NCBI GenBank assembly: GCA_963666425.2
Contig: OY762825.2
Location: forward strand, 32,001 to 96,000
DNA length: 64,000 nt
Source: Bacillota bacterium
GTDB lineage: Bacteria; Bacillota; JAAYKD01
Direction: 5' to 3'
The position numbers were made by a program, and so were the translations under genes. Numbering within the stretch: position 1 is the first letter of the stretch; each line of letters opens with the position of its first letter. The notes below the pieces were generated by a model that was not told the origin of the DNA, searched no databases, and saw only the letters and a program-made list of their open reading frames with translations. Positions 62,821 through 64,000 of this stretch are shown here, piece by piece.

Positions 62821-64000
62821 CCAGCTATCAAACGTCAAGTGGCAAAACGAAAATTATATTCTGGGAACATAAGGCTTTTTATCCCTTAAAACAGCAAAAA
62901 CAATGTTGCATAATTTATGTGTAACAGCTCCAATTGCCGTCATATAATCTTTTCCTTCGTCGCGTTTCTTCTGGTAAAAAGCAGACATGACCGGATCTTT
63001 TTGCGCGGCAACCGTTGCGGCATTCCAGAGCGCTCTGCGCAGATAAGGTGAGCCTCGCTTCGACATCGTGTTGTGCGTTGAAGTGAAATTACCGGATTGC
63101 TTAATCGAAGGGTCAATACCGGCAAATGCCGCCAGTTTCTTTGGATTTTCGAAATTATCAATATTGCCGATTTCCGAGTAGATCACCGCAGCCGAGGTGA
63201 CTCCAACACCAATAATGGTATCCAGATAGCATTCACATTGGGAATAGATCTGCTCAATCTTTTTTTCAATTGCGTCAATCTGTTCTTCAATGAATTGAAT
63301 CAGCTCCACGGTTTGGTGTAATTCAAAGCATAGAGCAGCATTCGCTCTATTCACCCCAACTGTGTGTTTGCAGGCGCTGCGGATCTCCAGCGCTTTTTCC
63401 TCACCGAAACTGCCGCGGGAATGCTTCGCTAAAAAATCAGCCAACCGCTTTGTGCCGAGCTTCAGAATGGCATCCGGTGACGGATACTTGCTGAGCAACT
63501 CCAGCGAAGTTTTACCGAAAATATCTGAAAAAAGCTTGTGATATTCCGGAAAAAGATGATCCAGCACGCCAATTACATGGTTTTTGTGCTTTGCAATCTC
63601 ATCAACCAGAGAACAGCGGAAACGGCATAACTCGCGTAAATTCTGGACATCCTCCGTTTGTACCGCTACGTCGGAATAACGTCCCATGCGGATCACATCC
63701 GCGATATAACCGCAATCCACCGTATCCGTCTTGGTTTTACGGACAGACATGCGCCGTATGGCGTCGGTGAGCAGGGGATTGACCACATGCAATTCAATTC
63801 CTAAATCGAGTAAAACACAATAAAAATTCAGCCAGTAATGACCGGTGGCTTCCATGCCGACGCAAATTGCATCTTGCTTTTGGTAAAGAGCGACCTTCTG
63901 CAAAAACAATTGAAAGCCCTCTTCGGAATTTTCAAATGCAAACGAGGGAGCCAGCGCTTGACCACTGGCGTCCACCGCGATCGCCTGGTGACGGAATTTA
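62821..64000 (-). mobile_element. IS110-family element, copy 2 (runs off window)
   Basis: Same right end CCAGCTATCAAACGTCAAG directly after AAATGTAG; near-identical to copy 1. Confidence 0.93.
62854..64000 (-). CDS. IS110 transposase, copy 2 (5' end beyond window)
   Basis: Four amino-acid differences from copy 1 in the visible part (N/D, R/K, D/E, N/K). Confidence 0.95.
   Translation of the reverse strand, partial: KFRHQAIAVDASGQALAPSFAFENSEEGFQLFLQKVALYQKQDAICVGMEATGHYWLNFYCVLLDLGIELHVVNPLLTDAIRRMSVRKTKTDTVDCGYIADVIRMGRYSDVAVQTEDVQNLRELCRFRCSLVDEIAKHKNHVIGVLDHLFPEYHKLFSDIFGKTSLELLSKYPSPDAILKLGTKRLADFLAKHSRGSFGEEKALEIRSACKHTVGVNRANAALCFELHQTVELIQFIEEQIDAIEKKIEQIYSQCECYLDTIIGVGVTSAAVIYSEIGNIDNFENPKKLAAFAGIDPSIKQSGNFTSTHNTMSKRGSPYLRRALWNAATVAAQKDPVMSAFYQKKRDEGKDYMTAIGAVTHKLCNIVFAVLRDKKPYVPRI

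Overview
64-kb chromosomal window from an anaerobic Bacillota (Firmicutes)-like bacterium. There are three conserved blocks: nrdR-yggS-sepF-divIVA-lspA-rluD-pyrR-rqcH-yloC-remA-gmk-rpoZ; tilS-hpt-ftsH-proS-pyk; and rnj-ftsK-ygiQ-rimO-cinA followed by buk-ptb-buk-vor and deoB. An accessory region spans about 19.9-40 kb. It holds (i) a 10-kb run of unrelated gene modules separated by copies of one long palindrome, (ii) a Trp T-box-controlled ABC transporter, (iii) an AT-rich islet with a type II Thoeris-like TIR/TM-Macro/TIR operon, and (iv) a 159-bp tandem array built around a GTAG-type REP hairpin. At the right end, six 39-bp copies of the deoB 3' end are followed by a REP mosaic. Two near-identical IS110 elements have inserted at the same CT core of that REP. 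The non-coding end of the complete copy has recognisable bridge-RNA target and donor guides matching the REP and the IS circle junction. All calls come from reading the sequence and ORF track; no searches were run.
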